Of a stretch of DNA of 39,580 nucleotides, positions 18,998 through 26,603 are shown piece after piece. Every line of letters begins with the position of its first letter. The stretch's first letter is position 1. The stretch is from the NCBI GenBank assembly GCA_035516655.1, contig DATJAC010000324.1, positions 1 to 39,580 on the forward strand, read 5' to 3'. This DNA comes from Alphaproteobacteria bacterium (lineage in GTDB: Bacteria > Pseudomonadota > Alphaproteobacteria > JACZXZ01). The notes beneath the pieces were generated by a model that ran no database searches, was not told where the DNA came from, and worked only from the letters and a program-made list of their open reading frames with translations. Made by a program: the position numbers and the translations under genes.

Positions 18998-19887
18998 TGC
19001 CGAGCGCAACGCCGTGCCGAGTGCTTGCCGCGGCGCTGGCGCTCGTCCTTGCTGGCGCCGTCGCCACGGCCGCGGCAGCGAGCGATCCGGTCGCGCGCGG
19101 CGCCTACCTCGCACGTGCCGGCGGCTGCTTTTCCTGCCATACCGTTGCCCGGGGCCAGCCGCTTGCGGGCGGGCGGGCATTGGCAACGCCGTTCGGCACC
19201 TTCTACACGCCGAACATCACGCCCGACCGCGAGACCGGCATCGGGAGCTGGAGCGACGCCGATTTCCTGCGCGCGCTCCGCGAGGGCGTGCGACCCGACG
19301 GCGCCAATTACTTTCCCGTGTTCCCCTATCCGAGCTTCACCGGCATCACCGACACGGACGCGCTGGCGATCAAGGCGTACCTCTTCTCCCTCCCGGCGGT
19401 GCATGCGCCCAACCGGGCGCATGACGTGCCCTTTCCCTTTTCCTGGCGCTTACTGCAGAGCGGCTGGAAGCTGCTCTTCTTCACGCGCGGGCCCTTCCGG
19501 CCCGTTCCCGCGCACGACGCCGCCTACAATCGCGGCGCCTATCTTGTCACGGCCCTCGCCCATTGCGGCGAATGCCACACGCCGCGCAACGTCCTCGGCG
19601 CCGCGCGGTCGAGCCGAGCGCTCTCGGGAACCGCCCGGGGACCGGACGGGCAGCTCGTGCCGAACATCACGCCGGAGCCGCGGACGGGGATCGGCGGCTG
19701 GCAAAAGAGCGAGCTGGTCGAGCTCTTCAGGACCGGGAAGACCCCCGAAGAGACCACGGTCAAGGGGGCGATGCGCGAGACGGTCGAGGACGGGCTGAAA
19801 TATCTCTCCGACGCCGACCTCGCAGCGATCGCCGATTATCTCTTGGCCCAGGCGCCCATCGTGCACGAGGTGACGCCGCTGCGCTAG
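18994..19887 (+). CDS. dihaem cytochrome c (related to cytochrome subunits of membrane dehydrogenases)
   Basis: 297 aa with a signal peptide and two haem motifs, CFSCH and CGECH. The motifs TPNITPDxETGIG and VPNITPEPRTGIGGW repeat in each half. There is an ATGA overlap with the upstream gene. Confidence 0.85.
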   Translation: MMPSATPCRVLAAALALVLAGAVATAAAASDPVARGAYLARAGGCFSCHTVARGQPLAGGRALATPFGTFYTPNITPDRETGIGSWSDADFLRALREGVRPDGANYFPVFPYPSFTGITDTDALAIKAYLFSLPAVHAPNRAHDVPFPFSWRLLQSGWKLLFFTRGPFRPVPAHDAAYNRGAYLVTALAHCGECHTPRNVLGAARSSRALSGTARGPDGQLVPNITPEPRTGIGGWQKSELVELFRTGKTPEETTVKGAMRETVEDGLKYLSDADLAAIADYLLAQAPIVHEVTPLR

Positions 19888-19940
19888 GCGGCCCCGCGCG
19901 GCCTAGAGATGCTTCTAAAGTAGGGCGCGCTTTGGTCGCA

Positions 19941-19966
19941 GCACCACGATCATCACCCCCGCGCAG
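19941..19966. repeat. left fragment of a family A MITE/REP-like element, split by an insertion
   Basis: GCACCACGATCATCACCCCCGCGCA matches GCATCACGATCGTCACCCCCGCGCA at 36929-36953. Confidence 0.7.
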
Positions 19967-20013
19967 GCGATAGTTGATGCACACACTTTTACGGAGGTGC
20001 CGATCACGTTGAG

Positions 20014-20040
20014 CCCCTCTCCCGCTGTGCGGGAGGGAGG
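20014..20040. repeat. family F-like imperfect hairpin inside the segment that interrupts element A1
   Basis: CCCCTCTCCCGC tgt GCGGGAGGGAGG. Confidence 0.6.
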
Positions 20041-20085
20041 CTGATCGCGATCGGCGATGGTCCGAGGATATGTGAATCAGCTAGC

Positions 20086-20178
20086 GTGCACGCGGGGTCC
20101 AAGGTGCCGCTGGATTCCCGCGTTCGCGGGAATGACGATGAAATCACCGATTCAGCTTGATCACATTCCGCGCTAGGC
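20086..20178. repeat. right part of the split family A element
   Basis: GTGCACGCGGGGTCCAAGGTGCCGCTGGATTCCCGCGTTCGCGGGAATGACGATGAAATCACCGATTCAGCTTGATCACATTCCGCGCTAGG is collinear with 36949-37040, with few mismatches. Confidence 0.8.
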
Positions 20179-20199
20179 CGCGCCTAGGCGCTCAGCCGC

Positions 20200-21375
20200 T
20201 CAGCTGCGCTCGACGCACATGGCGATGCCCATGCCGCCGCCGATGCAGAGGGTGGCCAAGCCGCGCTTGGCGTTGCGCTTCTGCATCTCGTAGAGGAGCG
20301 TGGTGAGCACGCGCGCCCCCGAGGCGCCGATGGGATGGCCGAGCGCTATGGCGCCGCCGTTGACGTTGACCTTGCTCGTGTCCCAGCCGAGGTCCTTGTT
20401 GACGGCACAGGCCTGGGCGGCGAAGGCCTCGTTGGCCTCGACGAGATCGAGATCCTCCTTCGACCAGCCGGCGCGCTTCAAGGCCAGGCGGCTCGCCGGG
20501 ATGGGGCCCGAGCCCATGATCGCAGGGTCGACCCCCGCCGTCGCCCAGGAGACGATGCGCGCGAGCGGGGCGATGCCGCGCTTCGCCGCCTCCTTGTCGG
20601 TCATCAGCACGAGGGCGGCGGCACCGTCGTTGATCCCGCTCGCGCTACCGGCGGTGACCGTGCCGGCCTTGTCGAAGGCCGGACGCAGCTTCTGCAGGAG
20701 CTCGAGCGTGGTGCCGTGCTTGGGGTGCTCGTCGGTATCGACCACCACGTCGCCCTTGCGCCCCTTGATGGTGACGGGAACGATCTCGTCCTTGAAGCGC
20801 CCGGACTTCTGGGCGGCCTCGGTCTTGCTCTGCGAGGCGAGCGCGAACTTGTCCTGCTCCTCGCGGGTGATCTGCCACTTCTGGGCCACGTTCTCGGCGG
20901 TGTTGCCCATGTGATAGCCGTTGAAGGCGTCCCACAGCCCGTCCTTGATCATGGTGTCGACGAGCTCGAGCCCGCCCATCTTGGTGCCGTTGCGCAGGTG
21001 CGCGCAATGCGGCGCCTGGCTCATGCTCTCCTGGCCGCCGGCGACGACGATCGCGCTGTCGCCCAGCCGGATCGCCTGGAAGCCGAGGGCGACCGAGCGC
21101 AGGCCCGAGCCGCACAGCTGATTGATGCCGTAGGCCGTCTTCTCGACCGGGATGCCGGCGGCGATGGCGGCCTGGCGGGCCGGGTTCTGGCCAGCGCCGG
21201 CGGAGAGGATCTGCCCCATGATCACTTCGTCCACCTCGCCGACCTCGACCTTGGCGCGCAGAAGCGCTTCCTTGATGGCGACGGTGCCGAGATAAGAGGC
21301 GGGAACGCTCGAAAGTCCGCCGTTGAATGCGCCGACCGGAGTGCGGGCGGCACCGGCAATCACGACTTCGGTCAT
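20200..21375 (-). CDS. phaA: acetyl-CoA acetyltransferase (beta-ketothiolase)
   Basis: 391 aa with NQLCGSG (active Cys), [10 protein letters not shown] and CIGGGMG. GAGGAGG lies 8 nt upstream of the ATG. Confidence 0.95.
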   Translation of the reverse strand: MTEVVIAGAARTPVGAFNGGLSSVPASYLGTVAIKEALLRAKVEVGEVDEVIMGQILSAGAGQNPARQAAIAAGIPVEKTAYGINQLCGSGLRSVALGFQAIRLGDSAIVVAGGQESMSQAPHCAHLRNGTKMGGLELVDTMIKDGLWDAFNGYHMGNTAENVAQKWQITREEQDKFALASQSKTEAAQKSGRFKDEIVPVTIKGRKGDVVVDTDEHPKHGTTLELLQKLRPAFDKAGTVTAGSASGINDGAAALVLMTDKEAAKRGIAPLARIVSWATAGVDPAIMGSGPIPASRLALKRAGWSKEDLDLVEANEAFAAQACAVNKDLGWDTSKVNVNGGAIALGHPIGASGARVLTTLLYEMQKRNAKRGLATLCIGGGMGIAMCVERS

Positions 21376-22760
21376 CGGGGGATCCTCCTCGGGACGGTTC
21401 GCGCGCGAGCGCTTCGGCTCGGAGGGTTATATGTCTGTTGCACCTGCGAAGGCAAGGCAGCCGGCGCATGGCTGCCCCCGGCCTTGCGCCGGGGTCGGGC
21501 CCAGGGCTGCCCGGCGAGCCAGGCCGCGAGCGGGCGCCAGGCAGCCCCTTCCGCGGCCGCACTCGCCATCATGCCGATGTGGCCGAGGCTGGGCTGCAGC
21601 CGGGCTGCCCCCGGGATGAGCCCGACGAGGGCCTCGGCCGAGGGTGGGGGCACGATGCGGTCCCGGGCCGGCACCACCACGAGGGTCGGAAGCTTGAGCT
21701 TCCGCGGCTCGACCGGCTCGCCCGCGATGCGCCACTCGCCCTCAGCCGGCCGGTTCTCGCCGTACCAGCCGACCAGGCACTCGCGCGCCACCTTGGCGGC
21801 CAGGGGCACGCCGTCGTTGAGCCAGTCCTCGAGGGCCACGAAGGCAAGCTCGCGCCGCGAGCCGGGCTCGAAATCGGCAAAGCGGACGAACTTGCGCGGC
21901 GCCAGATAGGGGTCGAGGAGGAAGAAAAGGGCCTGGAGCACGTCGGTCGAGAGCTCGCCCACGCGCGCGGCGGCGGCAAGCAGCGGGCCGGCGCTGGCCG
22001 CGATCGCGCGGGCGAGCTCGGGCCGCTCCGCGTGGAAATCCCAGGGGGTGGCGAGGAGGGCGAGCGCCTTCACGTCCTTGCCGCGTCGGGCGGCGAGGGC
22101 GAGTGCCAAATTGCCGCCCATGCAGTAGCCGACGAGCCCCACTGGGCCGCGTGCGAGCTCGACCGCCTGGTCGAGCATGCGCTCGAGCCGTCCGGCGACA
22201 TAGTCGCTGAGGTCGAAGCTCCGCTCGGCCGGCCCCGGCCGGCCCCAATCGACGAGAAGCGCTCGGAAGCCCGCCCGTGCCAACCAGCGCAGGAAGCTGC
22301 TGCCCTCGGCAAGATCGAGGATGTAGCCGCGGTTGACGAGGGAGGGCACGAAGAGCACCACGGGAGCACCCGCTGGCAGGGCTGCCGTGCTGCCGTAATC
22401 GCGCAACAATGTCGTCCCCTCCGACCAGATGGCCGGCGGATCGACGAGAGCGCGGCGGTAGGGATGATGGCGATAGCGCTCGAGGCCGCTCAGGTAGCGC
22501 TCGAGGCGGCGGCGAACCTGGCGCTCAAGGGCGGCCGCCAGCAGTTCCGGGGCGACGCCGTCGAGGCTGCTTCGCAGCTCTGCCGCGGCGGGTGCCAAGG
22601 CTGCTTTCAAGGGCAGCGAGCCGCTCATCAAGAGCGGCAATGCGGTGCGCGAGCTGAGCCAGGTCATCACCGCCGTCGTGAGATGAAGTCCGAGCGGGCG
22701 CGGCCCCAGCCTGGGCGGCGGAGCGGGCGGCTGAGGGGGCGGGTGCAGGGGATCGCGCAT
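21372..22760 (-). CDS. class III/IV-like poly(3-hydroxyalkanoate) synthase PhaC-type alpha/beta hydrolase (boundaries uncertain)
   Basis: The lipase-box cysteine is in GYCMGG, with later EDWLNDG (Asp) and SLGHIGMM (His). The N-terminal region [20 protein letters not shown]...[10 protein letters not shown] is typical of this group. The N-terminal 30 aa are Pro-rich, and the last ~45 aa lack codon bias. Confidence 0.7.
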   Translation of the reverse strand: MRDPLHPPPQPPAPPPRLGPRPLGLHLTTAVMTWLSSRTALPLLMSGSLPLKAALAPAAAELRSSLDGVAPELLAAALERQVRRRLERYLSGLERYRHHPYRRALVDPPAIWSEGTTLLRDYGSTAALPAGAPVVLFVPSLVNRGYILDLAEGSSFLRWLARAGFRALLVDWGRPGPAERSFDLSDYVAGRLERMLDQAVELARGPVGLVGYCMGGNLALALAARRGKDVKALALLATPWDFHAERPELARAIAASAGPLLAAAARVGELSTDVLQALFFLLDPYLAPRKFVRFADFEPGSRRELAFVALEDWLNDGVPLAAKVARECLVGWYGENRPAEGEWRIAGEPVEPRKLKLPTLVVVPARDRIVPPPSAEALVGLIPGAARLQPSLGHIGMMASAAAEGAAWRPLAAWLAGQPWARPRRKAGGSHAPAALPSQVQQTYNPPSRSARARTVPRRIPR

Positions 22761-22989
22761 CGGCCTCTTTGGCTTCCTCGCAGGGGCTCTCCCGGGCGCT
22801 CCCCCCGGCAGCCTTGCGCGCGGCCTCCGCCATGCCGGAAAGCATGCCGGCAGCGGCCTCGTTGAGCGCTCCGAACCAGCCGGCGAGTGCCTCCGCGAGC
22901 TCCGGATCGGATGCCATCGCCGCCCATTGCTCCTGCCAGAGGTCGAGATAGCGCTCTACCAGACGCTCGATTTCCGGCGGCTCCGACAT
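22525..22989 (-). CDS. small W/A-rich ORF upstream of and overlapping the phaC-like gene (possible PhaE-like partner or frameshifted N-terminus)
   Basis: ATG at 22989. Translation begins MSEPPEIERLVERYLDLWQEQWAAMASDPELAEALAGWFGAL. The hand-counted position-specific G/C pattern is coding-like from 22989 to about 22760. Below that point the phaC-like frame carries the bias. Confidence 0.4.
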   Translation of the reverse strand: MSEPPEIERLVERYLDLWQEQWAAMASDPELAEALAGWFGALNEAAAGMLSGMAEAARKAAGGSARESPCEEAKEADARSPAPAPSAARSAAQAGAAPARTSSHDGGDDLAQLAHRIAALDERLAALESSLGTRRGRAAKQPRRRRPGTAGGRP

Positions 22990-23051
22990 GGCCGCGAGTA
23001 TAGCCGAGGGGTGCGGGCGTGGCCAGCAGCAGCGGCTTTGGAGAAGACGCT

Positions 23052-23074
23052 TGCGCAATGCAGCATGAATGCAC
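23052..23074. promoter_or_regulatory. TGC/GCA-rich palindromic cluster, candidate PhaR operator
   Basis: TGCGCAATGCAGCATGAATGCAC contains the palindromes TGCGCA and ATGCAGCAT. It lies 50-80 nt upstream of phaR in the phaR / small-ORF divergent region. Confidence 0.3.
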
Positions 23075-23124
23075 TTATATAGCTCCCGGCTGCAGCCGTC
23101 CTCCCAAGCGATGAGGGCTATGTC

Positions 23125-23724
23125 GTGGCAATGGAAGCGAAATCCGACGAGCCGAGCGCGCCGATCACGATCAAGAAATACGCCAACCGGCGGCTCTACA
23201 ACACGGCGACGAGCAGCTACGTCACGCTCGACGACCTGTGCCAGATGGTGAAGGCGAACAAGGAGTTCGTCGTCTACGACGCCAAGACCGGCGACGACAT
23301 CACGCGCTCGGTCCTGACCCAGATCATCGTCGAGGAGGAGGGCAAGGGCCAGAACCTCTTGCCCATCAGCTTCCTGCGCCAGCTCATCGGCTTCTACGGC
23401 GACAGTCTCGGCACGATGCTGCCGCGCTATCTCGAATCGAGCATGAAGGCCTTCGCCCAGAACCAGGAGAAGTTCCGCCAGTACATGAAGGGCGCCTTCG
23501 ACGGCTTCTTCCCCTTCGGCTCGCTCGAGGAGGTCGGCAAGCAGAACGTGGCGATGATGGAGCGCGCCATGAAGATGCTCAATCCCTTCGTCGCCGAGCC
23601 GGGCGGGGCGGAGGGCAAGCCTACCGAGGATGCGCCGGCCGCCAAGCTCGACGAACTCAAGCGCAAGATCGACGCGCTCCAGCGCCAGCTCGACGAACTC
23701 GGGAAGCAGAAGCCCGAGGAATAA
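23125..23724 (+). CDS. phaR: polyhydroxyalkanoate synthesis repressor PhaR
   Basis: 199 aa with the hallmark N-terminus ITIKKYANRRLYNTATSSYVTLDDL and a C-terminal coiled coil. The start is GTG 23125 (GAGGG 7 nt upstream) or ATG 23131. Confidence 0.92.
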   Translation: MAMEAKSDEPSAPITIKKYANRRLYNTATSSYVTLDDLCQMVKANKEFVVYDAKTGDDITRSVLTQIIVEEEGKGQNLLPISFLRQLIGFYGDSLGTMLPRYLESSMKAFAQNQEKFRQYMKGAFDGFFPFGSLEEVGKQNVAMMERAMKMLNPFVAEPGGAEGKPTEDAPAAKLDELKRKIDALQRQLDELGKQKPEE

Positions 23725-23732
23725 CCCCCGGT

Positions 23733-23808
23733 CATCCTTCGAGACGCGCCCTTCGGGCACTCCTCAGGATGAGGTGATTTCATCAAGGCCCGGACCTCAT
23801 CCTGAGAG
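23733..23808. repeat. left two-thirds of a family D nested palindrome (CATCCTTCGAGACG...CCTCATCCTGAGAG)
   Basis: Collinear with the left and centre parts of the intact copy at 26426-26537. Confidence 0.8.
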
Positions 23809-23980
23809 TCTGATTCGAAATGATCCGTTCATCTTAAGCGTTCTATTCGTCACCCCGGCGAAAGCCGGGGTCCATGTCTCTAGCCCGGCTCGAGGCCGAC
23901 AATGGATTCCCGCTTTCGCGGGAATGACGATCCGTGCCGGGTAATGCATTGAAGATAATGCGTTCATTTCCGGCCAGCCT
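23809..23980. mobile_element. family A MITE-like element inserted into a family D element
   Basis: The core at 23847-23930 is TCGTCACCCCGGCGAAAGCCGGGGTCCATG...TGGATTCCCGCTTTCGCGGGAATGACGA. It is flanked by imperfect inverted arms (GAAATGATCCG / CGTTCATTTC). CTGAGAG and CTGAGGAG directly abut its two ends. Confidence 0.6.
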
Positions 23981-24014
23981 CTGAGGAGGCCGCGAAGCGG
24001 CCGTCTCGAAGGAT
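23981..24014. repeat. right third of the split family D element
   Basis: CTGAGGAG GCCGCGAAGCGGC CGTCTCGAAGGAT is collinear with 26497-26533. It abuts the pheA stop codon. Confidence 0.75.
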
Positions 24015-24892
24015 CACTTGCCCGCGGAATTGAGCTCGGACTGATAACGATAGGGGTGGGCGGGGTAGACGCCGAGGATCATGAAGCTGGTGCTGAAGAA
24101 CTCGAGCTCCTCGAGGGCGAGCTTCAAGCGCCGCTCGCTCGGATGGCCTTCGACGTCGGCGTAGAACTGCGTCGCGGTGAAGCGCCCGCCCAGCATGTAG
24201 CTCTCGAGCTTGGTCATGTTGACGCCGTTGGTGGCGAAGCCGCCGAGGGCCTTGTAGAGCGCTGCCGGCACGTTGCGCACGTTGAAGACGAAGGTGGTCA
24301 CGACGGGCCCGCGCGCGGGATTGGGATCGATCAGCTCGCGCGCCATCACGAGAAAGCGCGTGGTGTTGTGCTCGGCGTCCTCGATGTCGGCGCGCAGCAC
24401 GGCGAGGCCGTAGATCTCGCCCGCCAACGCCGGTGCGATCGCGGCCTGGCTCTTGTCGTTCCACTTGGCCACGTCGGCGGCGGCCCCTGCCGTATCGACG
24501 TGCACCACCGGCTTGAGCTTGAGCTTGGCGATGAGTTGGCGGCACTGATTGAGCGCATGCACGTGGCTGTGCACCGTCTTGATGTCCTCGAGCTTCGCCC
24601 CCTTGGGGGCGAGGAGGTAGTGGTTGATGCGCTGGAAGTGCTCCGCGATGATGCGCAGTCCCGAATCCGGCAGCAGGTGGTGGATGTCGGCGACCCGGCC
24701 CGCGACCGAGTTCTCGATCGGGATCATGGCGAGCTCGGCGCGGCCTTCGCGCACGGCGGCGAAGGTCGCCTCGAAGCTCTCGCAGGGCAGGCTCGCGAGC
24801 TCGGGGAAGACGATGCGGCAGGCCATGTCCGAATTGGCGCCGCGGGCACCCTGGAAGGCGATGCGACGGTCGGGAGCTTTCACATCCGGCAT
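24014..24892 (-). CDS. pheA: prephenate dehydratase
   Basis: 292 aa. IAFQGARGANSD, MIPIENSVAGRV and the TRF motif in HNTTRFLVMA are present, followed by a C-terminal ACT-like domain. Confidence 0.9.
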   Translation of the reverse strand: MPDVKAPDRRIAFQGARGANSDMACRIVFPELASLPCESFEATFAAVREGRAELAMIPIENSVAGRVADIHHLLPDSGLRIIAEHFQRINHYLLAPKGAKLEDIKTVHSHVHALNQCRQLIAKLKLKPVVHVDTAGAAADVAKWNDKSQAAIAPALAGEIYGLAVLRADIEDAEHNTTRFLVMARELIDPNPARGPVVTTFVFNVRNVPAALYKALGGFATNGVNMTKLESYMLGGRFTATQFYADVEGHPSERRLKLALEELEFFSTSFMILGVYPAHPYRYQSELNSAGK

Positions 24893-24904
24893 GGCTTGCC
24901 CGCG

Positions 24905-25666
24905 CTACGCGACGCTGCCCGGCTTGGCGGCAAGCATTTGCCGCGCCCGCGCGAGGTCGGCCGGAGTATTGACATCGAGTGCCACCATGTCAACGAGGGC
25001 CACGTCGATGCGCATGCCGGCCTCGAGTGCGCGCAGCTGCTCGAGCCGCTCGCGACTCTCCAGAATGCCGGGCGGCAGGGCCACGAAGCGCTCGAGGGCC
25101 GCTCGGCGGTAGGCATAGATGCCGCGGTGGAAATAGTGCGGGCCCTCGCCCGGCGGCACCCGGGCACGGCTGAAGTAGAGCGCGCGGGCGATCCGCTGTC
25201 CCGGGGCGAAGGCCGCCACCACCTTGACCACGCTCGGGTCGTCGCGCTCGGCCTCGTCGGTGATGGCGACGGCGACGGTCGCGATGTCGACGGCGGGGTC
25301 GGCGAGCGGGGTCAGCACGGCGCGGATGGTCTCCGGCTCGATCGTCGGCAGATCGCCCTGCACGTTCACCACCACGTCATGCTTGCGGTCCGGATCGAGA
25401 CGCTCGAGCGCCTCGAAGATTCGGTCGGAGCCGCTCGCGTGGTCGGGCCGGGTCAGGACCGCGGTCCCGCCCGCGCGCCGCACGGCTGTCGCGATCTCCT
25501 CCTCGGCCGCGGCGACCGCGACCGGCCCGATCCCGGCCGCCATGGCGCGGCGCCAGACATGGACGATCATGGGCTCGCCCGCGATTTCGGCGAGGGGCTT
25601 GCTCGGCAACCGCGTGGAGGCCATGCGGGCCGGAATAAGGGCGATCGGGTTCAAGACCTTGCTCAT
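24905..25666 (-). CDS. kdsB: 3-deoxy-manno-octulosonate cytidylyltransferase
   Basis: 253 aa. [25 protein letters not shown] and LEQLRALE are typical of KdsB. Confidence 0.9.
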   Translation of the reverse strand: MSKVLNPIALIPARMASTRLPSKPLAEIAGEPMIVHVWRRAMAAGIGPVAVAAAEEEIATAVRRAGGTAVLTRPDHASGSDRIFEALERLDPDRKHDVVVNVQGDLPTIEPETIRAVLTPLADPAVDIATVAVAITDEAERDDPSVVKVVAAFAPGQRIARALYFSRARVPPGEGPHYFHRGIYAYRRAALERFVALPPGILESRERLEQLRALEAGMRIDVALVDMVALDVNTPADLARARQMLAAKPGSVA

Positions 25667-25863
25667 GGCGGAACGCGGGCCCTCGCCCCCCGCCCGGCGA
25701 TTGCGACATTTTGCCGCGCTTCGAGGCGGGGCCGGGACGGGCTAAAAACGGGTCGGCCGGCCGGGGACCATATAACGGTTGCCCTCGGAGCGGAAACGAT
25801 TTATCGACGCTCGGCGCCACCCGGCCTCGAGTCGGGCGCAGCGGGACGGCCCTTGGGGGAGTC

Positions 25864-26403
25864 ATGGATTCGTTCGAGATCAACAAGATCGTCGGTGCGG
25901 GCCTGATGGCCCTCCTCATCGCGACGGTGATCGGTCACGCGGGCGACATCCTGGTGCGCGAGCCGGAAGGGGGGAGCCATATCGAGATTGCCGGTGTCGA
26001 GACCGCGAGTGCTCCGGCCGCGACGGCGCCCGCGCCGGCAGCACTCCAGCCGATCGAGCCTTTCCTTGCCAAGGCAAGCATCGACGACGGCAAGAAGGTG
26101 GCGAATCAGTGCAAGGTCTGCCATACGCTCGGCAAGGGCGAGCCCGCGCGCATCGGCCCCAACCTCTACGGTATCGTCGGCGAGAAGGTGGCGGCCCGTG
26201 CGGGCTTCCAATTCTCGGACGCGCTCAAGAAGGTAAGCGGGGACTGGAGCTTCGATGAGCTCAACAAGTGGCTCGCCGGGCCGCAGCAGCTCGCCCCCGG
26301 CACCAAGATGACCTTCGTCGGCATCAAGGACGAGCAGCAGCGCGCCGACGTCATCGCCTACCTCAACAGCCTGAGCGACGCGCCGCAGCCGCTGCCGAAG
26401 TGA
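25864..26403 (+). CDS. membrane-anchored class I cytochrome c (CycM-like)
   Basis: ATG at 25864 follows GGGGGA. It has an N-terminal TM helix (IVGAGLMALLIATVIG), an A/P-rich linker, the CKVCH haem motif and a distal Met region (GTKMTF). Confidence 0.85.
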   Translation: MDSFEINKIVGAGLMALLIATVIGHAGDILVREPEGGSHIEIAGVETASAPAATAPAPAALQPIEPFLAKASIDDGKKVANQCKVCHTLGKGEPARIGPNLYGIVGEKVAARAGFQFSDALKKVSGDWSFDELNKWLAGPQQLAPGTKMTFVGIKDEQQRADVIAYLNSLSDAPQPLPK

Positions 26404-26425
26404 GCCGCCGCCGGCCGGCGGCCCG

Positions 26426-26537
26426 CCTCATCCTTCGAGACGCCGCCTGCAGCGGCTCCTCGGGACGAGGTGAAGCCCTGAATATCGGGCCTCGTCCTGA
26501 GGAGCGTCGCGCTCGCGACGCGTCTCGAAGGATGAGG
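26426..26537. repeat. intact family D element: 112-bp nested palindrome
   Basis: The outer arms CCTCATCCTTCGAGACG (26426-26442) and CGTCTCGAAGGATGAGG (26521-26537) are perfect. Inner hairpins are CCGC-ctgca-GCGG, CCTCGGGACGAGG...CCTCGTCCTGAGG and CGTCGCG-ct-CGCGACG. Confidence 0.9.
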
Positions 26538-26603
26538 CTTCGGCGAAGCCGACCCAACACCCGGCTTGGCAAGCCGAGGCCTTTCGCCCACACTCGGCAG
26601 CGC

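Noticed and set aside
22525-22690. Coiled-coil-looking tail ([25 protein letters not shown]) of the small ORF
   Set aside because: In this stretch the codon-position G/C signal belongs to the overlapping phaC-like frame, about 95 versus 65 percent at third positions by hand count. The appealing heptad-like sequence is probably an alternative-frame artefact.
24056-25906. 616-aa ORF on the plus strand. The same reasoning applies to 4960-6354, 20335-21909, 21327-22865, 27531-29357 and 33598-36117.
   Set aside because: Each is antisense to, or frame-shifted over, genes with clear family signatures (pheA/kdsB, dioxygenase, phaA, phaC-like, yejA, ghrA-like/M17). None has a motif of its own.
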